Shown here piece after piece: positions 7,334-16,556 of a DNA stretch of 64,000 bases. The stretch lies in NCBI GenBank assembly GCA_032249135.1, contig JAVVGL010000008.1:3211-67210 (forward strand). Direction: 5' to 3'. Origin of the DNA: Candidatus Calescibacterium sp. Its GTDB lineage: Bacteria; Calescibacteriota; Calescibacteriia; Calescibacteriales; Calescibacteriaceae. Made by a program: the position numbers and the translations under genes. Below the pieces are notes generated by a model. That model was not told the origin of the DNA and ran no database searches. It saw nothing but the letters and a program-made list of their open reading frames with translations. The number at the start of each line of letters is the position of its first letter. The stretch's first letter is position 1.

Positions 7334-10300
7334 ATGTGTAGATTTGGTTGGAAGATAGTTTTCTTCATTTTCCTTTCATCATCTTTTTTTATTCCTTGTG
7401 GGGTTTTCTCTCAGCAGAGATCGGAAAAACAAATTGGAAATGCAAAAAAGGATGAGCTTGTGGATAAGCTCAGGGAATTGAGAGACAGGTACTCGCCGGA
7501 CTTTTCAGAATATGTAATTGAGAAAGAAATTATTTATGCTAAATCAATTTCAGTTTATGCTGATAGGTTTGAAAAAATAAGGTCCATTATGAAAGAACTT
7601 TTGGATGTCCGCGCTGGTATTGAAATGACAAAAATATTAGATTATTTCTCTTCCTCCATGGCACCATTTTTGGAAGTTGAAGACCTCAGGAGGGAAGAGC
7701 TCCTCAGCTCACTTGAAAGATATATCAAACTATTTTCAAACTCCCCGCTTGCTCCGTACGCTATTTTAAGATATGCTGAAATACTTTATGAAAAACTATC
7801 ATATGAGTATATTCGGGAATATGAGAGAGCAATCATTTTGGGAAATCCTTTACCTCAGAAGAATTACTATCCTGTCGTTAAAGTATATGAAGATTTCTTG
7901 AAAAAATACCCAGATTTTCCAAGGCGTGATATTGTGATGTATCTTGCTGGATACATTCTTGAAGAAATGGATATGGCAGACGAAGCTGTGGAAAAATATT
8001 TTTCCCATTTGTCTAAAATTAGAGCCTCCCCTTTCGCTCCAGAAGCTGCCATGCGTTCTGGAGAATACTATTTCAAAGTAGGTGAACTGGAAAAAGCAGA
8101 GGAGTATTACATTTTAGTGCTTGATTTCCCAGAAAGCCCATTTTATCCGAAAGCTCTGTATAAGCTCGCATGGACGTACTTCCGACGAGGAGATTATTCT
8201 TCAGCCATAGATTATTTTATTGAAACAATAGAAGCATCATATGGGAGGGAAGCATCAGATGAAAAAGTCAACCTTGTAAAAGAATCTATGGATTACATTA
8301 TTTTCTCAATTGCAGAGCTTGGTGGATTTGATGCTATTGAAAAATCAAGAAAAGAAGTAGTACTTTCTGTACTGCTCAAAATCTATCCAATTGTATCCCA
8401 ATTTCATGATGAACCAGAAGCTTTTATCCTTGAAGCTCAGGGAAAAGTTTTCCTTGAACAAGGAAAGTATCCGGAAGCTATTTTATCTTTCAAGAACCTT
8501 ATAGACAGATTTTATCTTTCTCCAAGGTCAATAAATGCAGCCTTTGGTCTTTTTGAGGCTCTGAAAAAGTCAGGTGATATATCTTCTGCTGTATCCTGGC
8601 AGATCAAGATGGTAGAGAAATGGGGACCCGGTTCGGAATGGGCGCGCAAAAATCCCGAAGAGGCTAAAAAATATGCACAAAAGCTTGAAAGCGGGCTATT
8701 GGAAGGAGCAAAATATTATCACTCAAAAGGTATCCTTGATCAGGCGGAATCTGCATATTTACTTTTCCTCAAACTCTTCCCGGATTCTGAGTTTTCAGTC
8801 GAAGCTCAATTTCTTCTTGGCGAAATATATTTTCAGCAGGGGAAATTTTCCGAAGCATTCAAATATTACAAATTGAATGTTGAAAATGTTAATGTAAAAC
8901 AGAATAAGTTCCTCCAAGATGCTGCATGGGGTATGGTTATTTCTGCTGATGAGTTGCTCAAAGCTGGTGAAAAAGATGCGGGAGAAAAATTAAAAAGCGC
9001 GGCGTTTCTGTACGAAAGGCTTTTCCCTCTTGACAGAAGAGTTCCTGTTGCTTTATATAAAGCTGCGAAAGTCATATCGGCAGAAGGGAAAAAAGACGAA
9101 GCTCTATCTATGTTCTCAAAAATAATAGAAAGGTATCCCGGTTCAGAAGTCGTTGCAGATTCTATGCTTGAGATCTTGAAAATATATGTGGAGAAAGCCG
9201 ATTTTAAAAAGGTCCTTGAGTTTTCTATTTCCGCAAGACAGCGTACAGATATATTTTCACAGGATGATATAAACTACATAAACAGCACCGGAGCAAAGGC
9301 TCTTTTCTCCATAGCATTAGATTATGAAAAAAATAAGAACTTCAGCGAAGCAATTTCTCGCTATCTCCAAGTCCCCATTCTTTTTCCTAATTCTGATCTT
9401 GTAGATGAAGCACTATACAGAGTTATCATGATATACTATGATCTTAAAAAGTTTGACGAGGTTCTAAAATATTCTGGTGAGTTTTTGGAAAAATTTCATC
9501 AATCTGAATTAAGATATGATATTTTGTATGTTAGAGCGTCCGCTCTTTCAAGTCTTTTCTTGTTTGATCAAGCGCTTGAGGTTTTTATAAAGCTCGAAAA
9601 AGATATTAAAAACAAAAAGAATTTATCAGAAATAGAAAAAGATATTCTCAGGAAAACCATTTTATCAGTAGTTTCAATTTATGCTGGGCTTGGCAAATTT
9701 GAGGAGGCTGCGGAATGGACATTAAAATACTATGACGAATTTGGAAAATCAGAAAAAGATCCTCTCATTTATATAAGGAGGGCTGCCGACCTTTATGAAA
9801 AATCCGGCAACATACAAAAAATGAGGGAACTTCTTTCAAATTTCATAAAGGAGATGGAGAAGCAAAAAAGAGCAAACTCATATGATGTTTTGTATGCAAA
9901 ATATAAGATTGCAAAATCTTTTGAGAAATCAAATCCAGCCGAAATGGAGAAAATTTTCTCTGAAATTATAAATACATGGCCAAAACTCTCGGAAGAAGAT
10001 AGAAGGAAATCATTGAGTATATATGCGGAAGCTAAATTTCATTTCGCTAAAAAAACTTTTGAAGAGTATAGAAAAATAAGAATAACAGGTGATGAAAGAA
10101 AGAAACAGTTGGCAGATAAGCTGAAAAAGAAATCGGAGATGCTCAAAAAGGTTCAATCAGAGATGGGAGATATAGCAAAACTCGGGGATCCTGAATGGTC
10201 ATTCGCAGCTATCTTTTACATGGGATTTGCTTTTCAGGATTTTGCTGATATGCTGATCAATTCTCCTCTCCCACCAGAAATAAAATCTATAAGAGATCCA

Positions 10301-10750
10301 GAAGAGAGAGCATTAGCAGAAGCTGTTTATAGGGAGGAGTTAGAAAAGCAAGCTTTCCCTCTCGAGGACAATGCAATAAAAATTTTCTCAGGGGCTATTG
10401 ATAAAATAAAACAGCTTGGAGTAAGAAATGAATGGACAAATCTTATATTCAAGCATCTGAAGATGTTAGATCCTCTTGCACCTGTTGAGATAGAAGATGA
10501 TAGAATTCAAGATGCTAAATTTGTTCTCTCTATGAGATCAGAGACTATACCACCGGTGGTTGAGGAAAAAAGAGAAGAAAAAACCCTGTTTGCAAAAAGG
10601 AAGGATATATACCTTGCGAGTTCCCCGGAAGTCCTCAGAGTTTCTACTCTTGATGGCATTTTCCAAAACTTCTTTCAAGGATATTTTATCTTTGAATCAG
10701 ACGGAAAATTGCTTTATATTAACTTTGATAATGTAAAGGCGAATAGATAA
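7334..10750 (+). CDS. Very large secreted multi-TPR protein (BamD/YbgF-like repeats)
   Basis: 1138-aa ORF with a signal-like N-terminus. It contains many repeats of the type PFYPKALYKLAWTYFRRGDYSSAIDYF and EAQFLLGEIYFQQGKFSEAFKYY. Confidence 0.6.
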   Translation: MCRFGWKIVFFIFLSSSFFIPCGVFSQQRSEKQIGNAKKDELVDKLRELRDRYSPDFSEYVIEKEIIYAKSISVYADRFEKIRSIMKELLDVRAGIEMTKILDYFSSSMAPFLEVEDLRREELLSSLERYIKLFSNSPLAPYAILRYAEILYEKLSYEYIREYERAIILGNPLPQKNYYPVVKVYEDFLKKYPDFPRRDIVMYLAGYILEEMDMADEAVEKYFSHLSKIRASPFAPEAAMRSGEYYFKVGELEKAEEYYILVLDFPESPFYPKALYKLAWTYFRRGDYSSAIDYFIETIEASYGREASDEKVNLVKESMDYIIFSIAELGGFDAIEKSRKEVVLSVLLKIYPIVSQFHDEPEAFILEAQGKVFLEQGKYPEAILSFKNLIDRFYLSPRSINAAFGLFEALKKSGDISSAVSWQIKMVEKWGPGSEWARKNPEEAKKYAQKLESGLLEGAKYYHSKGILDQAESAYLLFLKLFPDSEFSVEAQFLLGEIYFQQGKFSEAFKYYKLNVENVNVKQNKFLQDAAWGMVISADELLKAGEKDAGEKLKSAAFLYERLFPLDRRVPVALYKAAKVISAEGKKDEALSMFSKIIERYPGSEVVADSMLEILKIYVEKADFKKVLEFSISARQRTDIFSQDDINYINSTGAKALFSIALDYEKNKNFSEAISRYLQVPILFPNSDLVDEALYRVIMIYYDLKKFDEVLKYSGEFLEKFHQSELRYDILYVRASALSSLFLFDQALEVFIKLEKDIKNKKNLSEIEKDILRKTILSVVSIYAGLGKFEEAAEWTLKYYDEFGKSEKDPLIYIRRAADLYEKSGNIQKMRELLSNFIKEMEKQKRANSYDVLYAKYKIAKSFEKSNPAEMEKIFSEIINTWPKLSEEDRRKSLSIYAEAKFHFAKKTFEEYRKIRITGDERKKQLADKLKKKSEMLKKVQSEMGDIAKLGDPEWSFAAIFYMGFAFQDFADMLINSPLPPEIKSIRDPEERALAEAVYREELEKQAFPLEDNAIKIFSGAIDKIKQLGVRNEWTNLIFKHLKMLDPLAPVEIEDDRIQDAKFVLSMRSETIPPVVEEKREEKTLFAKRKDIYLASSPEVLRVSTLDGIFQNFFQGYFIFESDGKLLYINFDNVKANR

Positions 10751-10784
10751 TTTATTATAATAAATAATTGTTTTCAGAAATTGT

Positions 10785-10840
10785 AAAATTTATTTAGACG
10801 GATTTTGTTTTTAAAATTTGTTTAGACGAATTTTATTTTG
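10785..10840. repeat. Two adjacent copies of a 28-bp direct repeat upstream of the mltD-like gene
   Basis: aaaatttatttagacggattttgttttt (10785-10812) is followed immediately by aaaatttgtttagacgaattttattttg (10813-10840), differing at 4 of 28 positions. It ends 12 nt before the ATG at 10853. Confidence 0.6.
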
Positions 10841-10852
10841 GAATAAAAGAAG

Positions 10853-12715
10853 ATGAATTTTTTAAAAAAATTTCTGAAATTTATTCCTTGCACATTTTTT
10901 TTATTTTCCCTTGTCCATTGCTCATCATTCCCTTTAATCTCGCCGAAGAAAAAAATCAGTATTTCAGAGGTACAAGAGCAAATTTCAGATAAATCTAATA
11001 AATCCGAAAATTATGGAAAACCAATTATTGACCTAACAAAAAAAATGGACCAGGAGATGTGGTCCTATGAGGAAATTCCGTTTACTCCCTCTGACCAAGA
11101 TGAACCTGTAATTTTACTTGAAGAGGAACCGGAAGAATGGGAAATTGATGAGATAGATAGATCGTTCCAGAGAGCTTTAACACAACCATTTCCAAAATCT
11201 ATAACGAAAGTAGAAAAATATTTTGTAAGAGGTTTTGGATACTTTAATATACCTGTTGAGCTTAATGAATATGTTGATTACTATATTTATCTTTTTACTG
11301 AAACTAAATTCAGACAACATCTTGAAAAATGGCTTAGGAGATATTTTAAGTACGAAAAGGTGATAAGAGATATAATTAAGTCTTATGGCTTGCCAGATGA
11401 CCTTATTTTTGTTGCAATGGCAGAATCTGGATTTTCAACTCGTGCGGTCTCTCCTATGAGTGCAGTCGGACCATGGCAATTTATAGAAGAAACTGCAAGA
11501 AGATATAAGCTCAAAATTGATTTGTGGGTTGATGAAAGAAAAGACCTGATAAAATCAACTCACTCTGCTTTGAATTATCTCAAAGACCTATATGATATGT
11601 TCGGAGATTGGTATCTAGCTTGGGCTGGCTATAACGCAGGAGAAAAGAGGATAGAAAAAGCAATTGAAAGGGCAGGAGGTAAAAAAGATTATTGGTATTT
11701 TGTAAAAAGAGGTCTTATACCTCGGGAAACTCAAGGATATGTCCCAAAAATAATAGCTCTTGCGCTTATAACAAAAAATCTGGAAAAGTTTGGATTCTCA
11801 AAAGATGATTTCAAAGATGAAAATAAGTTTGAGTTTGATACGGTAAAAATATCAAAGCAAATAGATATTTTTTCTCTCTCTAAAATATGTGAATGTGATG
11901 TTATAGATTTGTGGGAGCTTAATCCTTCTCTTCGCCTCCCAGTTACTCCTCCCTATGAATTTGAGTTGAAGGTACCAAAAGGTAAAGGTAAACTTGTTGA
12001 AGAAAGATTGAAGTTTTTTGAAGCCTTTGCCACTCGCTTTTATCCAGCGGTAAGACATTCTTTCTCACCGGTGCCAAAAGATGATTACCAGAAAAAAGTT
12101 TTAGGTGGATGGCTTTACATAACTCCTATAAAAGATATTAGCGGTAAAGAGCAAATCATAAGCTATGTATCTTTGCAACAAAATTTGAGTTCAGAAGATC
12201 CCTTTCTTGACGATTTAAAAGAATCTATGGAAAAGGGAGAAACTTTTATTCTACCAGTTTATGTTTATATTAAACCTTTCATACTCTATAAGGTGAGGAA
12301 AAAAGTGGAGTCTTTAAGCTCAATTGCTTTACGATTTCAAGTTCCAGTCCAAGAGATTAAGAGGTTAAATGGAATTAGAGGGAACAAAGTTTATAAGGGA
12401 AAAGTTCTGAAAATTCCAACTCATAATTTCAGCTACGCTTCTCAACCAGCAAAAAATTCAAAGTATTATAGTTCAAGGAATTCAGGGTGGAGCAATACTG
12501 TTATTGTGAGTCAAGGAAAGCAAAAACAAGTGAATATATCAAAATTTTATCAGCCTACTAAAAACACTATTATAAGACACAGAGTAAAAAAAGGTGAAAG
12601 CTTATTTTTAATATCAAAAATGTACGGGGTTGAAATACAAAAGATAAGGGAATTGAATAGATTGAGTGGAAACAGAATCTATCCAGGTCAGGTCCTTCTC
12701 ATTCCAGTAAACTAA
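10853..12715 (+). CDS. mltD: Membrane-bound lytic murein transglycosylase D-like (SLT domain plus two LysM domains)
   Basis: SLT motifs MAESGFSTRAVSPMSAVGPWQFIEETA and AGYNAGEKRI. Two C-terminal LysM-like units (YKVRKKVESLSSIALRF...VLKIP and HRVKKGESLFLISKMYG...VLLIPV). Signal/lipoprotein-like N-terminus. Confidence 0.8.
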   Translation: MNFLKKFLKFIPCTFFLFSLVHCSSFPLISPKKKISISEVQEQISDKSNKSENYGKPIIDLTKKMDQEMWSYEEIPFTPSDQDEPVILLEEEPEEWEIDEIDRSFQRALTQPFPKSITKVEKYFVRGFGYFNIPVELNEYVDYYIYLFTETKFRQHLEKWLRRYFKYEKVIRDIIKSYGLPDDLIFVAMAESGFSTRAVSPMSAVGPWQFIEETARRYKLKIDLWVDERKDLIKSTHSALNYLKDLYDMFGDWYLAWAGYNAGEKRIEKAIERAGGKKDYWYFVKRGLIPRETQGYVPKIIALALITKNLEKFGFSKDDFKDENKFEFDTVKISKQIDIFSLSKICECDVIDLWELNPSLRLPVTPPYEFELKVPKGKGKLVEERLKFFEAFATRFYPAVRHSFSPVPKDDYQKKVLGGWLYITPIKDISGKEQIISYVSLQQNLSSEDPFLDDLKESMEKGETFILPVYVYIKPFILYKVRKKVESLSSIALRFQVPVQEIKRLNGIRGNKVYKGKVLKIPTHNFSYASQPAKNSKYYSSRNSGWSNTVIVSQGKQKQVNISKFYQPTKNTIIRHRVKKGESLFLISKMYGVEIQKIRELNRLSGNRIYPGQVLLIPVN

Positions 12716-12803
12716 CAAAATATCATCTCTTTAAGACTTTCTTTAAAATCTTTTACAAGACCTCTATATTAACCTTGGTTTCATACTTATTTTCTATTTG
12801 AGG

Positions 12804-13991
12804 TCAATATGATCTTGGTAATCCAAGAATGTGTTCTGCTGTAAGGTTGAGAATCATTTCGTTTGAAAGTGGAGCTGTTTTGAGAAGCCTTGCAGAATCC
12901 CATAAAAGTATAAGGAAATTATCTTCCACAAATCCAGCTCCTCCATAAGTTTGTATAGCTCTATCTACTGCCATAAGCAAAAGTTCCGCCGCAAGATATT
13001 TTGAAGAGTTTGCCAAAAACATAACTTCTTGCGGAGGTAAATTTTTATCATAAGCCCATGCTGCTTTGTAAACAACAAGTCTTACAGCTTCTTGTCTTAT
13101 TTTCACATCAGCAAGCGGATGTTGAATTGCTTGATAGCTCCCGATAGGTCTCTCCCCGAATACACATCTTTGTTTTGCATATTCTACTGCTCTTTGCAAA
13201 CAAAATTCTGTCAGCCCCAATGCTCCAGCACCCGCTAAAATTCTCTCGGGATTAAGTCCGTTGAACATAACAAATACTCCTTGATTTTCTTCCCCAACCA
13301 AGTTCTCCTCCGGAACCTCTACATCTTCAAATACAACTGTGAACTGATTCATACCTTCTATTCCTCTTGTGTTAAGTTTGTGGAGCTTTATTCCCTTTGA
13401 TTTCAGATCAACAAGAAACAAAGACAATCCAAACATTTTAGGTAGTCCTTTTTTTGAAAGTTCTGAATAAGGGATTGTTCTTGTGACAAGCAGGATATAG
13501 TCGGCGACATCGGCTCCTGTGATGTAAGTTTTTTCTCCATTTATTATATATCTATCTCCTTTCTTTTCTGCCAGAGTTTTTATTCTGAATGTATTGGTTC
13601 CTGCCTCTGGTTCTGTGACGCCAAGTGCACATTTTATTTTACCCTCTGCCATAAAAGGTAGAAATTTCTTTTTGAGATTTTCGCTACCGTTTCTTACGAT
13701 GCAAGATTCCGCACATAGTGTTAGGACAAAAATTGCATTTCCTATCCCATATTTTGCAAGTGTTTCTATTGCTACTGCGCTTGCAAGCATTCCTAACCCC
13801 GTTCCGCCATACTCTGGTGGTACTATTGCACCAGTGAAACCAGCTTGTGAAAGTTCATCCCATATTTCCTGAACGAACTCGTTTCTTCTTATTTTTTCGA
13901 ATATCTCTTTCTTTTTCCCTTCTAATTTTTTGTGTATTTTTTCTGCGGTGTCTTTTGCCATCTGAACCTCTGGAGAAAGCTCAAAATCCAT
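12804..13991 (-). CDS. Acyl-CoA dehydrogenase
   Basis: GVTEPEAGTN motif, the IINGEKTYITG block, and a C-terminal QTYGGAGF-type segment typical of the ACAD family. Confidence 0.85.
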   Translation of the reverse strand: MDFELSPEVQMAKDTAEKIHKKLEGKKKEIFEKIRRNEFVQEIWDELSQAGFTGAIVPPEYGGTGLGMLASAVAIETLAKYGIGNAIFVLTLCAESCIVRNGSENLKKKFLPFMAEGKIKCALGVTEPEAGTNTFRIKTLAEKKGDRYIINGEKTYITGADVADYILLVTRTIPYSELSKKGLPKMFGLSLFLVDLKSKGIKLHKLNTRGIEGMNQFTVVFEDVEVPEENLVGEENQGVFVMFNGLNPERILAGAGALGLTEFCLQRAVEYAKQRCVFGERPIGSYQAIQHPLADVKIRQEAVRLVVYKAAWAYDKNLPPQEVMFLANSSKYLAAELLLMAVDRAIQTYGGAGFVEDNFLILLWDSARLLKTAPLSNEMILNLTAEHILGLPRSY

Positions 13992-14116
13992 TCTTACTTA
14001 CCTCCTTTTTTTATTTTTTTTCGTTTTTATTTTTTGGTGTTGTAATAAATAATTCACTATGGTAATCAAATTTATTTTTTCTTTTTTTAATCTTTTAGTT
14101 TTCTTTTTCAAGAATT

Positions 14117-14134
14117 TTTGAACAAGCGTTCAAA
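14117..14134. promoter_or_regulatory. Perfect palindrome TTTGAAC-AAGC-GTTCAAA between lipid kinase and acyl-CoA dehydrogenase genes
   Basis: 7-bp arms with a 4-nt spacer, about 125 nt upstream of the ACAD start on the minus strand. It is followed on the plus strand by a T-run. It could be an operator or a hairpin. Confidence 0.25.
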
Positions 14135-14170
14135 TTTTTTTATTTTTTGTGTTGATTGAAAATTTTCAAG

Positions 14171-15136
14171 CTATGTGATAAAAAACACTTTTGGAGCTGG
14201 TTTCAAAATTATTTTTCTTGCAGAATATAAATCTCCATCTATTGTGAAACCTATTTTTTCTTGACTTTCTATCTCAGCACCTCTTGCAATTTCATTAAGA
14301 GAATCTTTTGGTAGTTTACCAAAGTAAATTAAAGGTAGATAAATGGCAAGTTTAAAAAGGAAGTCGGAGTAAGCTATAAAGTTAAATGAATCGCTGCATT
14401 TTGGAGCTTTCGGGAAGTTAGAAAAATTCAAACCAAAGGAATGAATTGTAGAAGCTCCTATCAGGAGAAATTCGCCTTCGGTTTCAAGATGAGGGATTTC
14501 TTCATAAAACGCAACTTTTATTTTACATTTTTGCTTTTTTAGAATTTCCCTTTTTTTCTCTTTTTTGAGCATTTCCGATAATGCAATCAGTAAAGTTTCG
14601 GCACCTCTTATTGGTCCCAATATTTTTCCTGCGTAGTATTTTTCAAGAAAGTTGAAGGGGGTTATGGCTCCGAACAAAAATCCATAGAAGACATCTTTTT
14701 CTGTTTTTATTTCAATTGGGTTTCTGGGAATAACATCAATTTTTTTGCTTTCTTTTATTTTCAAAAGAATGTTTTCTATTTTTGGGATTTGAAGACAGGT
14801 TGCAATTGTGTTCATAGTTCCGCCGCGCAGATGTCCAACAAGTATTTTTGGAAAGTTCTTTGTTTCTTTCAACTTTTTGAATATTTCTGTGAGAACTCTG
14901 TGAATTGTTCCATCTCCACCGAAAATCAAGAGAACATCTCCGTCATCTGGTTCAAGGTCTATTTTGTTATCTGGCAAAACAAAAATTTTTTCTGGAATTA
15001 TTTTCACATCTTCAAATTTTCTCATAAGTTGGATGAATCTTGATGAGTTTGAATTCCTGTTGTAGAAAGCTTTCTTGTTGTAAAAAAGGAAAATTCTTTT
15101 TATTTCAGCTTTTTCCTTTGGGTATTTGTGAAACAT
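14171..15136 (-). CDS. Diacylglycerol/lipid kinase family protein (YegS/BmrU-like)
   Basis: DAGK catalytic-domain motif LLIFGGDGTIHRV and the overall length (321 aa). Confidence 0.6.
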   Translation of the reverse strand: MFHKYPKEKAEIKRIFLFYNKKAFYNRNSNSSRFIQLMRKFEDVKIIPEKIFVLPDNKIDLEPDDGDVLLIFGGDGTIHRVLTEIFKKLKETKNFPKILVGHLRGGTMNTIATCLQIPKIENILLKIKESKKIDVIPRNPIEIKTEKDVFYGFLFGAITPFNFLEKYYAGKILGPIRGAETLLIALSEMLKKEKKREILKKQKCKIKVAFYEEIPHLETEGEFLLIGASTIHSFGLNFSNFPKAPKCSDSFNFIAYSDFLFKLAIYLPLIYFGKLPKDSLNEIARGAEIESQEKIGFTIDGDLYSARKIILKPAPKVFFIT

Positions 15137-15180
15137 ACTTTACTTTAAAGTTTTCTTTTATTTTTTCTTGTGTGTTTTTA

Positions 15181-15954
15181 TCAGTCAAATTTAGGTTTTC
15201 GTTTTTCAAAGAACGCTGAAATTCCTTCCTTTGCGTCTTTTCCTGCTCTTGCTTCTGCAAGAAAGTGGGATGCGAGGTCAAGTGAGTAGCTTAAACTTGA
15301 ATCAAAAATTCTCATAATAAGTTCTTTTGTTTTCCTTACTGCATAACCTGAATTACTTTTTATCTCTTCTATAATTTCATTTACTTTTTTATCTAACTCA
15401 TCTTTTTCGCAGACTATGTTTATAAGTCCAATTTTTTGAGCTTCAAAAGCGTCAATTTCTTTTCCTGAGAGAGCAAGAAATTTCAAGTTTGACATCCCTA
15501 TTTTTCTCAGAAGGAAAACGGAGATTACTGCTGGAATTAGACCTATTTTGACTTCTGGTGTTCTGAACTTTGCATTTTTTTCGCAAATAGATATATCTGA
15601 TACAGCTAAAAATCCAACTCCTCCCCCAAAAGCCCCCCCTTGAACTTTCACAATAACCGGGACGGGAAATTTCCATATTGATTCATACATTTGAGCGAGC
15701 TTTCTTGCATCTGCGAGGTTCTCATCGTATTTGAGTTCTCCTTTTTCTTTCATCCATCTCAAATCTCCACCTGCGCAAAATATCTCCCCTTCTCCTTGAA
15801 TCAAAGCTACTTTCAAGCTTTTGTCTTTGCTTTCCTCTGTGAAAACCTCGGTTATTTCGGCTATCATTTTTTCATCTAAAACATTTCTTTTCTCCGGAAC
15901 AGAGAGGGTAACTACGAGAATTCCGTTCTGCCTTTCTACCTTTATCTTTTCCAT
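15181..15954 (-). CDS. Enoyl-CoA hydratase/isomerase (crotonase) family
   Basis: FCAGGDL and VQGGAFGGGVGF oxyanion-hole motifs; 257 aa. Confidence 0.8.
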   Translation of the reverse strand: MEKIKVERQNGILVVTLSVPEKRNVLDEKMIAEITEVFTEESKDKSLKVALIQGEGEIFCAGGDLRWMKEKGELKYDENLADARKLAQMYESIWKFPVPVIVKVQGGAFGGGVGFLAVSDISICEKNAKFRTPEVKIGLIPAVISVFLLRKIGMSNLKFLALSGKEIDAFEAQKIGLINIVCEKDELDKKVNEIIEEIKSNSGYAVRKTKELIMRIFDSSLSYSLDLASHFLAEARAGKDAKEGISAFFEKRKPKFD

Positions 15955-16069
15955 ATTATCTTCCTATTTTCCAAACAAAATAAAACGTAATAAGCGAAAG
16001 TATTATAGTTATAATTTCCAATATTTTAATTACTATTTCCATATTTTTCGCATCCTTTCCATAAGGAAT

Positions 16070-16330
16070 TTACTCTTTTTCCCCGAGAATTTTCTTTGCT
16101 AATTTTCTCTTTTCTTCTGGTGTTTCAGCTAAAATCAGGAGGGCAATTAACCTGAAACCTTCATCTATTTTTCGCCCAAGATTATCTATTTTCTGTCCAA
16201 GCTCATCTATTTTACTAACGATTATTGCCGTATTTTCCCTTATGATTTTTCCGTTCCTCCAAGCAAGATAAGTCAAAATAGCTGCAAACAGTGTAATTCC
16301 AATTCCCATTATTGTAACCGCTATTTCCAT
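16070..16330 (-). CDS. Small membrane-anchored protein with three KID-x-LG-x heptad repeats
   Basis: N-terminal TM helix (IAVTIMGIGITLFAAILTYLAW), then SKIDELGQ-KIDNLGR-KIDEGFR. The repeats are encoded by three imperfect 21-nt tandem repeats at 16161-16223. Confidence 0.45.
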   Translation of the reverse strand: MEIAVTIMGIGITLFAAILTYLAWRNGKIIRENTAIIVSKIDELGQKIDNLGRKIDEGFRLIALLILAETPEEKRKLAKKILGEKE

Positions 16331-16442
16331 ATTTTTTCAACTCCTTTACATATAACTTTAATAACTGAATTTAGATAAGATGTTAAGCGAATATATTTGA
16401 TGCTTTTTTCAGAATTTCAGAAAAGAACATTATTTTTACTTT

Positions 16443-16498
16443 GGTGCCATAAAGGCAGAATGTCTTATGGCATCATTCGGATGATGCTCTTTTATTTT
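16443..16498 (+). promoter_or_regulatory. Two overlapping, mutually exclusive hairpins, the second followed by a U-tract (attenuator-like leader or small-RNA 3' end)
   Basis: Hairpin A pairs 16443-16452 with 16465-16474 (ggtgccataa / ttatggcatc, 12-nt loop). Hairpin B pairs 16470-16476 with 16481-16487 (gcatcat tcgg atgatgc) and is followed by tcttttatttt. The two share nt 16470-16474. Confidence 0.35.
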
Positions 16499-16556
16499 AG
16501 GAAATTTTGGCTTACAAATAAAACTTTATCCGGAAAACTAAAATTCTTATTATAAA

